Source of the DNA: Octopus bimaculoides | Taxonomy: Eukaryota | DNA length: 61,340 nucleotides | NCBI RefSeq assembly: GCF_001194135.2 | Contig: NC_068982.1 | Span: 161,306,926-161,368,265 of the forward strand | Reading direction: 5' to 3' | Shown here: piece after piece, positions 24,153 through 36,250 of the stretch | Layout of the letters: every line of letters starts with the position of its first letter | Numbering within the stretch: position 1 is the first letter of the stretch | Program-made: the position numbers and the translations under genes | The notes under the pieces: model-generated | What the model was told of the DNA's origin: nothing | The model's input: the letters and a program-made list of their open reading frames with translations, nothing else | Database searches by the model: none

Positions 24153-24345
24153 CATCATCATCGTTTAACGTCCGCTTTCCATGCTAGCATGGGTTGGACG
24201 ATTTGACTGAGGACTGGTGAAACCGGATGGCAACACCAGGCTCCAGTCTGATTTGGCAGAGTTTCTACAGCTGGATGCCCTTCCTAACGCCAACCACTCA
24301 GTGTAGTGGGTGCTTTTACGTGTCACCCGCACGAAAACGGCCACA
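24153..24345 (-). mobile_element. Young RTE 3' tail
   Basis: Reverse complement is identical to 21814-21939 over 126 nt by eye. Confidence 0.88.
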
Positions 24346-25296
24346 TGCATTTCATTGAGAAATGAGTCATAACTTTTGACCAATGTTTTGTTCCTCAGTT
24401 ATATCTGTAATTGATTGAGACTCAGTTAAAGAAAACCCTGGAGGACAAATAATAGATACTATTCTACTTATTTCAGTAATTGGACTGCAACCTTCCTGCA
24501 GCACCACCTTCAAGGATTTAGTTGATCAAATCGATCCCTATATTTATAAATCTGGTACTTGCTGAACTGCTACGATATGTGAATGTTAACATAAACAAAC
24601 ATACACATTCACACATATATGTAAACTTGTGTATACAGCAGGCTACAGCATCTCTTAAATTTAATCGAAGGCATTGATCAGCTTGAGACTATAGTAGAAA
24701 ACATTTGCATAAGGTGTAATGTGACTGAACCCCAGAAAACTTGTTAACCATGCCTACATTTTGACAGGAATGTAGCTCAGATAAACCTAATTGCTCAATC
24801 ATCACTGATGTGACATCTTAAATATTTCACTGTAAGAAACTAAAATTGGTAATCTTTATATATTTATTATTGTTAGTCAAGGTTCCAGTTAACCCTTTCG
24901 TTTATCAGTATAGTATGTTCATAAAGTGAGTACCCTTGGCAGTATCCCTCTTCAGTCAACTTTTAGTATGCTCTGATACACAGATAATGAATCAGTTTTA
25001 ATTGAAATTACACTGTCAGTGAGGAGAAAAATCATTATCTAAATGGCTAATTCTACTTCAACTGAAGAGGAACATGCTGGAATTTAAATTAACTTCATTG
25101 TATATAGAATGCTTTCACACTATCTCTGTTTACCAAATTTCACTCACATGGCTTTGATTAACCTAAGGTCATAGTAGATGGTTACAATGGAATTGAACTC
25201 AAAACTGCATAGTTGCAAAGCAAACCCTAACTGTACAGCCATTCAAGCATGGCTATACAGTTAGTTTGGCTTCATGTTTGTAAAAAGTACCACATG

Positions 25297-25635
25297 CTAT
25301 TTTCCTAGTGAGACAACTGGTAGAAAAAAAGTTAAGAGTAAACCATTATTCCTGGCATTTGTTGACTCGGAGAAGGTGTTTGATAGGCTACCATGTATAA
25401 TAGTCTGGTGATCATTAAAGAAGCAAAGCATTGATGAATGGTTTGTGAGGACTGTATAAGCCATGTACAAAAATGAAAAATAAAATGTCAACCACTTCAG
25501 TGATGAATTTCGTATGAGGGTTGGAGTCCACCTACACTCAGCCCTCAGTCCTCTTCTAATCATAGTTCAAAGGTCAGAGAAGTTTAAGATAGCTGTCTAT
25601 GGGAACTCCAATATGCTGATGATCTGGTTCTAGAA
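25297..25635 (+). mobile_element. Old RTE reverse transcriptase core fragment
   Basis: AIFLVRQLVEK, PLFLAFVDSEKVFDRLP, RVGVHLHSALSPLL and WELQYADDLVL, with stops and frameshifts. Confidence 0.8.
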
Positions 25636-27639
25636 GCATTATGTTAATATATAGATGGCACTCATTCATGTCCAATCATTGTTTAACCTAATTCTGATTA
25701 GGTAAATTTCTGAGTCAAATGCATCCACCATGACCTCCCGTCTTTTTCCATTTGTCTCTGGTTACTTTTTCTAATAGATCCTTGCTTTATTAAAAATGGT
25801 CAAGGGAAGGAGTTAGACAGTTTCAACTGCTATATTTAGCAAGTTGAGTAACCTCATAGAGGCTTCCTCATTGGCAGGGAATTTGTGTTGGTTATGAAAG
25901 TACTAAATTTATTATATAGAATCAACAATATTTCAGAGTAATTGCCTTAGTGTCATAAGTAACTGGGTAGGGGGTGTGAAAATGCTGCCCTAACTATCTC
26001 GGAAAGAAAAAAAATATCTGATAATGCTTGAAACTTTATCTCTTGTTTTAGAGAAATATTTGTGATTAGTTTAACCTGAATTTCTCTCTTATCTTTTTTC
26101 CATGTAACCTCCCTGAAGCCTTACAGTAGACATATTCTCAGTCTTCCATTCCATTGACTGCCTCACTTTCTCCTTGTATTGTTGCCAAATATTAAGTTGG
26201 GTTTTTTTTTCCAGCCCTGTACAATAACCTTCTATTCAGCCTTCTGAATTAAGAGAAATCCATGTTCCATGATTAAACAAAAAATTAGCATAAACAGTTG
26301 GTCTTTTCTCAATAGCACAAGCTTTCAGAATCTGTCTTCTGGGCATAATTTCGAAGCTTCATTTTAAAAGACATAAAAGCAGTTATTTTGGAGATATGAA
26401 CAACTCGATCATTGTGTTTTTGATTTTACTCATGTTATCTTAGCCCCATTTAAAATAAGCTGCACCTGCCAAATATACCTACCTTTCCTGCTACCTATTT
26501 TCTCCCAAGACTGTTGAAAATGTTAAACGATCTTTTACCTACAAGACTGCATCTCTTTGGATTTCCTTATCTACAAGTTTCTTTTCCCAGTTGCCAACCT
26601 ACAATAATTCATAAAGCAAAACTAAATATATCAATCCTACCAATTCTAGCTCTTAAATTTCTACAGAACATTTTTTCTTTTCTTTTTCTTTTTTATTTAT
26701 TTATTTATTGGTCTGATTTTTAAAACCTTTATATGAAGGTTTCCTCATTTTGCTATTATCTTTCAGTAATGATTTGATTTGACTTGACATGGAAGACTTT
26801 CTGTGGTGAAACCTTTAAATATGTTTCTCTGAGACTCTCATTAAAGAAAATAAATAAAGTGATGTGGCTTCTTAGTATTTCTGTAGAAACAAGTATATTA
26901 TTTTCATTTATACTGAGCTGGTTGGTGAGAATAAATATAAAAGGAAGAAAAAAGTCAAGCTATTTCAATATAGAAATATGACTGCACAACTTCTATATCT
27001 AAAGAAATGTTAAAACAATAGTATGAGAACATAATTTATTGTCCCGTCCCCCCTCTTCCCACATATCTTTTATAATATATTAGATATAACAAACTTCCCA
27101 CAATTTTTTTTCAGAATATGTTAGAGAAACTCTAGGTTCATAAATATGTTAGATTTTCCCTTCATAATTTGTCTACACCTTGAAATATAATTCAATTGTT
27201 CCAAACTTATTTTTCCTTTGGTTTTGTTTTAGCAGATTACCCAGTAAAGAGCTATAAAAGCCAGTTTCCACTTCATTAGTCATCATAATTGATTTGTAAT
27301 TAAAATAGTAAATTGTATGCCTTCTGTGTGTTGTTTTTTTTTTATTCTACTCTTCATCAACAGCCAATTCCATCATTGCACTAGTACCATTAATATCTCC
27401 TGTTTAATTCAATGAGGGAGTCTCCTGTTATAAATAACAGCCTAAATTATTTTAGATTTCATCCTATTCTCTTAAAAAGGGAAATACAAGATGTGTAAAA
27501 TCTATTGGATGGGAGGGGGTGCTACCCTTGCTGTGCATGCATGGAAATTTGTGCCAGTGGGCTTCATTCAGGCCTGGCTGTTATACCTACAGTCCAGATG
27601 TGTAGTGAGTGCTCATCGAATTTTTGTGTTCATGCAAGA

Positions 27640-27905
27640 TGCATCAAACATAGATATTGCATCAAGCTTTGCCAAAAGTTTGGTCATACTCAAGCTGAAA
27701 CCATCCAGAAGATTCAGCAAGACTTTGGCAATGATGCCATGGGCAAAAGTCGGATCAATGAGTAGGACAACCACTTCAACATGGCCACACCTCAGTGGAG
27801 AGCAAGACATGCTCAGGCAGGTCATCCACCAGCTGAATCAAGGAGCCAGTTGAGAAAGTTGGGCAAATAATCATGGAAGACTGTTTAACAATCCAGGAAA
27901 TCACT
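27640..27905 (+). mobile_element. Mariner transposase N-terminal HTH fossil
   Basis: KHRYCIKLCQKFGHTQAETIQKIQQDFGNDAMGKSRINE*...SVESKTCSGRSSTS. Confidence 0.78.
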
Positions 27906-29019
27906 CACAGACTAATTTCCCTATATAGTATAGTTAGGACTGCACTATCCAATGTTTGCCTTTTTTAAAGATGATTGTGGAATGTAATTTGAAGTAGAAT
28001 TGAATGACTGCTTGATTTTTGGGATAATGTGTATTTCCTTGATATGTGTAGTGCTGTATCATGGTGTTATTGTTAAAGGCCAGGTTGACGTGACCCTCAT
28101 GCAGGGTGTTACTATCTGTCTGCTATATATTCACTTTATCTAAACCTACATAATGCTTCTGTCACACTTTTTGTCAACTAGTTTTATCTACCTATATTTA
28201 TGTTCTGAGACCCTCATAGTAAGTAACCTTGGTCTTAAGTCTATATTCATGCCTGCTTCAAATCAGGTTTATTTAAAAACCATACAGGAATAGGAAAAAA
28301 ATTAAAGCCCAGTAAGAAATAGCTTTTATCTGCTTGAGTTTATAGCAATGGAAATTTATCAATTATAAATCTTGTGTTTGTGAGATAAATTAGCATCCAT
28401 GGGCCAAGATTTCATTCAATTAGCCCTTATGTTAAACACACACTTCAGTAGTCTGTAAACAGGAAAAAAAAAAATTAAACCTCTCCTTCTCATAGGTAGA
28501 TGATATATATATCATCTCTACCTACTTCTGTTTACTGCTTGTGCAATCTGAATTGAAATTCTTCGTGTTTGTTGTACTTGGGGAAGAGCTAAAATGGTAT
28601 TTCGCAATGAAGAATGGTAGATTAGTTTGCAAACTGATATTATGCACTATAAAAATAGTACAGCCTTATGCAAGAATGCAGCTATCATATGTTTTTCTAA
28701 TTTTTTATCAGAATGTTTACCATAAGGTTTTTTTTCTCATTAGTTGAACCTGGGAACCAGATTTGAATTTTTTTTTCCATATTTCAATAACTTTTTTTCT
28801 TATTTTGGATTTATTAATATTATTGTTCTCTATTTTTGTTAATTTTTGCCTTAATGTATACCACCATTATTTTTTTGTATCTCCTCCTACAGTCCTTAAA
28901 TCTTTTGGTTCTTGTGGCCAATAAAAGAAATTCTGAAGGTTTTTATTGACGGTGAATTGTTCATGTCATTATGCTCCACTAGATGTATGTCATTGTACAT
29001 GCGTGACAGATGTATTAAT

Positions 29020-29225
29020 TCTTGCAAATTTTGGCACAAGACTAGCAGTTTTGGTGCGAAGGCAGAGTAATACATTGGCCCCAGTACTCAACTGATGCAT
29101 ATTTTATCAGCCTTGAAAAGTAAAGTTGACCTTGATGAAATTTGAACTCTGGAACAGAAATGGCCAGAAGAAGTATCACTAAACATTTTGTCTGGAATGC
29201 TAACAATTCTGCTACCTTGCCCCAC
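29020..29225 (-). mobile_element. SINE (family B)
   Basis: AAAGTAAAGTTGACCTTGATGAAATTTGAACTCTG...GCTAACAATTCTGC. Confidence 0.65.
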
Positions 29226-29984
29226 ACATTCTATTGTATCCACATTCTTTTTAGTGGTTTTTGAAAAATAACTCCAACTAAAATTCAACACAGTAGAAAG
29301 AAGTCTGGCTTTAATGGACAAACCTCATGTACTAGAGGCACAATAAAATGTTCTTAATCCATGTTATCTTCTTGGTGATAGGAAGTGCATTCAGCCATTT
29401 AAAAAAAAAAAAAAATGACTAGTGATTGGTAGGTTTTCCACTGCTGTTAGATGCTTTTGATAATGAGGAAATGAGACAAGTAATGAGACACTTTAACCCA
29501 TGCCTTTGTGGAAAGATATTCATAAAATGATCAAACCTGAAATATTTTTTTAAAATTTGAAGTTCTTAGTGCTGAGCTAAGTTTTTCTCAATTCATATTT
29601 GTTAAATGTCCTTTTTTTTCATATAATTTATTGGCTGTTATTTGTATGACATATAAATTAGATAATTATATCTAGTTATCTTTTTGAAGAGGTTAGATTC
29701 TCAAATTTGACATTTATTTATTGACCTGTTGGGTGTGGGTGTATTATTTTGAGGGTAGCTGGATGAGTGAATGCTGTTTCATTGCTACTTTCTAATTCTA
29801 ATCTTCCATATTGTGGCTGCTTTAAATGATTCCATTTGCATACATGCATACATATGTGTGTGTGCACAGGTACATTTGTATAACAATGTGGTTGAAAATA
29901 TTTCCAGTAGGACATTTTGCATACTAAATCATTTAATTTTTGTCAAATGATTTTTGGGGGTTTTTTTCTACAGCCAACTTGTTG

Positions 29985-31189
29985 AAAGAGCTGTACAAGC
30001 CATGTACAGGGATGTTGTCAGTAAGGTGAAGAATTTCAGGTAGGGATCAAAAGAGGTACAGCAATATCAAAGGAAGGCTAACTGGGAAGATACTTTTTGT
30101 GTGTAGCAAAGGCTCAGTGGTAATAAACACTGAAGATGTGCAGAGAACAACTTCTACCACATTCCAGGGAGAAAAACTAGTAGTTGATAGCTTCCATTAC
30201 CTAGTAACCAAGTCAGTAGTGGGAGTTGATGCTCTGAGAGAGTAGCTGCTAGAATAAGAATAGCCTGGGCAAAGTTTAGAGAGCTCTTACCTCTGCTGGT
30301 GACAAAGGGCCTCTCGCTCAAAGTAAAAGGTAGACTGTATGACGCGTGTGCGAACAAGCATGCATCATGGGCCGTGACTACTGAGGATATGTATAAGCTT
30401 GCAAGAAATGGAGCTAGTATGCTCCGCTGGATGTGTAATGTCAGTGTGTATACACAACAGTGTAAGGACCCTGAGAGAAAAGTTGGACATAAGCATCAGA
30501 TGTGCACAAGAGAGACAACTGCACTTGTATGGTCATGAGTTGCGTATGGATAAGGACAGCTGTGTGAAAAAGTGTCACACCCTAGCAGTAGAGGGAACCT
30601 GTGGAAGATATAGACCTGAGATGAGGTGGTGAAGCACGACCTTCGAATGTTGGGCCTCACATCACAGAGGCGATAACGAGTGACCAAGACCTTAGGAGAT
30701 ATGCTATGCTTGAGAAGACCTGGAAAGCTAAGTGAGACCATAACCGTGGCCTATACCAGAGCAGCATAACTGGCCCATTTAAGAGTACTCTTCAATCATT
30801 GGGCAATAAAGTGTGCTTGCAAACACCTGTTGAGTCAAGTGAAGTCATTGTTGTGGCCAATGCCAGTACCACCTGACTAGCACCCGTATCAGTGGCATGT
30901 AAAAAGCACCATTTGAGTGTGGTTGTTGCTTGTGCTCCCATGTCGGTGGCATGTAAAAAGCACCATTCAAGCGTGGTCAATGCCAGTACCACCTGACTGG
31001 CCCTTGTGCTGGTGGCACATAAAGAGCACCCACTACACTCTCGGAGTGGTTGGCATTAGGAAGGGCATCCAGCTGTAGAAACTTTGCCAGATCAGATTGG
31101 AACCAATTGCCTTCTAGCTTGCCAGTCCTCAGTCAAACTGTCCAACCCATGCCAGCATGGAAAGCGGACGTTAAGCGATGATGATGATG
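29985..31189 (+). mobile_element. Older 5'-truncated RTE LINE
   Basis: RIRIAWAKFRELLPLLVTKGLSLKVKGRLYDACA...LRWMCNV...LYGHELRMDKDSCVKKC, a 3' UTR with internal tandem duplications and a (GAT)n tail. Confidence 0.88.
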
Positions 31190-32307
31190 AAAGGCATATG
31201 TCTACAAAAAATATAGTAACAACGGGGTTAAATGAGTTATTAGGGTATGGAGTCTAAATAAAAAAATTAAGAAGACTTATGCAAGATAGACAATTGCTGT
31301 ACAGATAATGTTAAATGAATGACAGATGTTGGGTGAAATTTTAGGGGTTACAGAAAGACAGCAGTCACTGTGACAAAGAAATTGTGAAGGTCAAATTCTT
31401 GGATGCTATGTCTTTCAACTGGATGGATATAGATAACTGCTATGGTAAAGACCTAGCTAACCATTACTATAATACATCTATAGTGACTATATGCCCTGAT
31501 GATAATTTGCATTACAGAATTTTCATCTGTTCTTAACCTCTGATCAATCATTCTATTGTTCCAGTCCCAATTTGAATTCCAACTGTTGGTCAATTTGTCC
31601 CAAAGTTCTTATCTCGATATAAAATTAGCAAAGTGAATGTCATTTTTCTCCCCCTTGATTTCTGATATAACCTGACAAATGCCAAGCAAGAGGGCATGAA
31701 TCAGCCAAGCTTTAACTGGTAGAAATAGCAACCCAAATGCTTTTAAATCAGATCCCAATGCTGGATGTTCAAGAACCAAATGAAGGACAGAATTTTAATC
31801 CCAGGATCATCCTGAGTTCAAAATTGTATAATATGTCTATGTAGAGCAAATGTAGACTGAGATGCAGGGGTCCCAGACAGACAGAATTCCACTTTTATTA
31901 ATGTAGATGATTTTGAGGGAAATTTGGCCACTAGTTCTAGCAGGTTAAATGACTGCATAGAGTTTAAATACTAACTAGTGAATGAATGCAGCAAAAGTAA
32001 ACTAGTTTTTAGTGGAGACTTTATTTCTTGACTATCCCAGTCAATTAGTAAAGCAGAATGTTAATTTTGTTTACTTAAGATAATGATACTTTGCTTCGTG
32101 TAAGATTTTCTTAACAGGTTCCAACACTATAAAATACGTGCTGCATGTGTGTGTTCCAGTGTTATAATTAGTTTAGCATTTCATTTCTGGTTCTTCACAT
32201 ATCTCATTTCTGGAACATGGTTTTATAATTTTAAAAACACGTGTAAATAGGTTTATTTTTCCTGTGGTGGCCAGGGTTCATTCCTCCCCTTTGGAAATGC
32301 TACATTT

Positions 32308-32570
32308 TTAATGCGGTGCTCCAGCATGGCCGCAGTCAAATGACTGAAACAAGTAAAAGAATAAAATGTTTTGGTAGAATTTTTTTTACTAGCTTCAGTC
32401 ATTAGACTGTGGCCATACTGGGGCTCTGCTTTGAAGGGTTTAGATGAACAAATTGACCCCAGTATTATTTTTTAAGTCTGGTACCTGTTCTATTGATCTT
32501 TTTGCCAAACTGCTAGGTCGAGGGGATGTGAACAAAGTAATACTGGTCATCAGGTGGTAAGGGAACGAAC
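32308..32570. mobile_element. Two family A SINE 3' ends, tail to tail
   Basis: + copy at 32308-32368, - copy at 32384-32570. Confidence 0.7.
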
Positions 32571-33954
32571 ACATACATGGGTTTGAACTCATATTTTTTT
32601 CAGATTAGCTGTATGGTTGTTTATATTTTGGTCAAGAGAATTGCCATACAGCATGTGAAACTCCTATTTCTGGCCGAGGTGTTTTGAGTTACCACTATTG
32701 GCTACCAGGGTGGCACACCATTGCTTTGGTTTTGTTGGCTTTCACCCATTGTAAATGGCTGACAGGCAAATGAAAGCTTGTTAATATTCCATTTGTCTTT
32801 CTAGAGGTATTTTTCATAACTAATGTTTCTTAAAAGGTTGCACAATCATTAAATAATGTAAAACACACCAGGTATAGTTTATGTATGATAGGGAAGTACA
32901 ATGTTGTAGGGTAGGGAGCTCATTCGGCTCTCTAACCTATGGCCTTTGGTCTCTCCTCTGTAATCTGATTGCATTGGATACAAGGCAATGTTTTATTAAT
33001 ACATTTAAAAACAAAAGTGCACGTCTTATACACTAGTAAATACAATTTGCTTTTGCATAATTTTAAACAATTCTTTTGAAATAAATTTTTAGTACAGAAA
33101 AGAAACCATGTCAAACTGAGACAGGAATTGTCTATATCCAGGTTTACTGTGTTGTATCCCTGATGTGAAGTTATATACAAATATCAGGGGCAAGAATATG
33201 GGTTGAAAATAGGTTAGAAAATGAGCAGATGAGAAATTAAGAAGGATAGGTATAGAATATAGTTTGGTACATATGTAAGATAGAATGGAGAAATGTTGGA
33301 AAAGGGCAAGGGAATGATGTAAATGGAAGAAAATTAAAGACTTAAAAGATCTGCTGGAGAGAGAAATTTTTTTCATAGTGACATAGATAACTGAAAGGTT
33401 AATGGGACACCATACATATAGGTCAAAGGATATATAAGCTGTTATCACAAGTTAGATATCTGTTATGCTGTTGGTTGTTATAATAAACTAGGAAATCAGA
33501 AATGATTGAACTTTCTGGTTTTTGATTCCTAAGAGAATTTTACATACTCCTGTTGCTCAAAAGTGACACTAGTGGTGACGGATGGGGAAAAGATTTGGAT
33601 CTACAAAATGTTGGAATGGATTGTTTTCAGTTTCATTTTAATAACCAATTTTCTATGCTATTGATTTCTCTTGAACTGGTAAGCTATTCTTGTGCATGTA
33701 TATCTTAACGTTTTAGTACTCGGATTACTCTGTCAAATGTGATTGTAATGCTTATTTGTTAGTCTATTATGGATATTGTTGCTCATCTTAGGTACCCCTT
33801 TTAACAGGTTTTGCTAAAACCATCTCAAAACTATTTTCATATTCCCAAAATCATCCAGCATTTTCAGGCTTTGAAAGCTATTTAATAAGAACTGTTCTGA
33901 TTGTTGTTGTTAGGATGGTGGATTAGCAGAATAATTAGAACACCAGACAAGATG

Positions 33955-34375
33955 AAGTAGTTGTATGCTGTCAACTTAATGTGACAGTCCCCTAAAGAGA
34001 ATAATACTACTGTTGGTTAGACCAAGGAAGCTGCACTGCTTCCTGTCGGCCTTGACACATTTCCTGTGTCCTTATGTTTACAAGGGGGAGACAAGCACCT
34101 CCACCCAGCTAGGCCTGTATCCAGAGACATGTTTCTGAGTCTTTGCTTGTCATCAGTCTGGAGTAGCATGACCTGCTAGTCGAAGATGCCTGTCAAGCTC
34201 TTGTAAACATATAATTCTAGTGAAATACACTCACTGATTTCAAATGTATCAACTAACCAACAGTAGTATTATTCCCTTCAGGGGACTGTCACATTAAGTT
34301 GACAGCATACAACTACTTCATCATATCACTACTGCATAAATCTCTCTGAGAGATTTAGAAATGTATTATTTCAAA
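33955..34375 (-). mobile_element. Short hammerhead-bearing insertion (retrozyme/Penelope-derived) inside a family B SINE
   Basis: 13 bp TSD ACCAGACAAGATG at 33942-33954 and 34376-34388. The SINE head lies before the insert and the SINE body resumes after it. Confidence 0.75.
34120..34162 (-). ncRNA. Minimal type I hammerhead ribozyme motif (stem II degenerate)
   Basis: Minus strand: UCCAGA-CUGAUGA-CAAGCAAAGACUCA-GAAA-CAU-GUC|UCUGGA. It has a 6 bp stem I, intact CUGAUGA and GAAA boxes, a GUC cleavage triplet and a palindromic ACAUGU stem III. Confidence 0.68.
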
Positions 34376-34818
34376 ACCAGACAAGATGTTTTAGTATTTA
34401 CTTATGATCTTTTATATTCTGAATTCAAATCCCATCAAGCTTAGCTTTACTTTTCATCTTCTTGGGGGTTCAATGTAGTTGTTTAACCATCTCCAAAAAT
34501 TTCAGGCCTCATGCCTATATTAGAAACTGTTGTTATTCGAGCAGAGGATTGGCACAATTATTAGAACATAATTCCTTGTGACATTTAGTTCTGGCTTTTT
34601 GCTTTCTGAGTTCAAATCTCATCATGGTCTAAGTTCCAGTCAAATACTAGGGTCAGTTTAATCAACTAATTCATCTCCTTAAGTTTGTAGCTTTGTGCCA
34701 GGTCTGTGGAGTCAGAATTACTAAAAATGTCCTATTTCCAACAAAATATAAATTATAATACAATATGTTGACACTTCCAATTTCACAAATTTTCTACCCT
34801 GAAAATATTCAAATCAGA

Positions 34819-35043
34819 TTAACCCTTTAGCATTTAGATTATTTTGTCAACTGTTATGCTTATTTGTTCATTGTTTTGAATTACTCACTCATTATCTTTT
34901 TTGCATTGAGATTTGGATGGTGTGCTTGTTTACTTTTAATGACATCATAGGGAAGGTATAAGAGGCTGAATGTAGCTGGTTTGAACATAAAACAGGTAGA
35001 ATATTTGGGCCAGGTATGGGTGATTTAAACACTAAAGTTTTAA
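34819..35043 (-). mobile_element. piggyBac-type MITE, copy 2
   Basis: TTAACCCTTTAGCATTT start, degenerate right end ACTAAAGTTTTAA; interior is the reverse complement of copy 1. Confidence 0.75.
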
Positions 35044-36049
35044 AGGGCTTCTGTGAAAGAGATTCTGGTAGAAAGCAATTCTAATACCCTTAATTAATTT
35101 TGGATCTGAATCTTTGATTTAATTCTTATTCTATTGAAACTTTGCTTTAATAAATCTGTGGGGATAAACTTGTCAATAATTTTTAATTTAATGTAACTTT
35201 TCATAGTTTACTTAATTACATATTCCTAGGGATTTATGAAACGTTAAGTTTTGATTTAGGTGTTCAATGTTTATGGCAGTAGTCTCTGTGCACACGCAAT
35301 ACTCTGTGTGTGAATGTGTGGTGCTGTGGGTTGTCTCTTGTTGATGTTGCAACTTAATATAGTTTTAATGTATCCATTTCTCTCCAAACACAATTGGGTT
35401 GAGTTTGCTAAAGGTTGATTTATGTTAACCTTCAAATTCGTGACATGTGGAGGAAATGTAACTAACTGTCTGCAGACTCTTGTTGTTCTAAACCCTGTAA
35501 TTAACAGTGATGAATGGTATATGACAGATATTTAACAGATTTGGTTCTGTCCTTGATTGCATCTCCTCTCCCCTCCCCCACCTAGATCATTGGGCAGTAA
35601 GTATGCTAATATAGAAGAGGGATAGCACTGAGTATGGTAGTACAGAAGAGGAGTTACATGTATTTAGTTGGGATTTTGGAGTAGTAGCAGAAGTGGTGAA
35701 CTGGTTATAATTTTGCTCCCAAGTCAATAGCCTCGGTCCAGCATGCCTTATGATTGAATGCATTTGAACTGTGACCATCTCTGTTGTTTTCAAGTTTTTT
35801 TTTTGTGGGGGGGGGGGGGGGGTCAGTATTAGTGTGATGTGATTTGAAGTAAATTTAGTTATGTCTAGCAGGTCAAGTACTTGGAAAATGACTTCCTGAA
35901 CAAGCAGACCTGTGATCCAAGGTATTACTATCCTGTCTAACATGTTCTTTAAGATGGTTGAATGTAATTTGGAGGGAGATTCACTTGCTATTGCTAGCAA
36001 GGCAGGTAACTACTTAGATTCCCTCTCATTGGCTTGGGGCATTTGTTGT

Positions 36050-36250
36050 AAATAATGATGGAAAATCATCAATTGTCTGTTGTCCAATGTTGGCATGGGT
36101 TGTACGGTTTCTCCAGAGCTGGAAAGCTGCACCAGACTCCAGTTTGATTTGGCATTGTTTCTATGGCTGGATGCCCTTCCTAACACCAACCACTTTACAG
36201 TGTGTGCTGGGTGCTTTTTACATGGCATTGCACAGGCACATTCACACGGC
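36050..36250 (-). mobile_element. RTE 3' tail fragment
   Basis: CTGGATGCCCTTCCTAACACCAACCACTTTACAGTG. Confidence 0.72.

Noticed and set aside
31860-31908. Helitron-like 5' end on the minus strand (ATCTACATTAATAAAAG...TGTCTGTCTG)
   Set aside because: Too short, and no matching 3' hairpin/CTRR end was found.
33190-33360. Purine-rich stretch faintly resembling an RTE C-terminus
   Set aside because: Too decayed to assign by eye.
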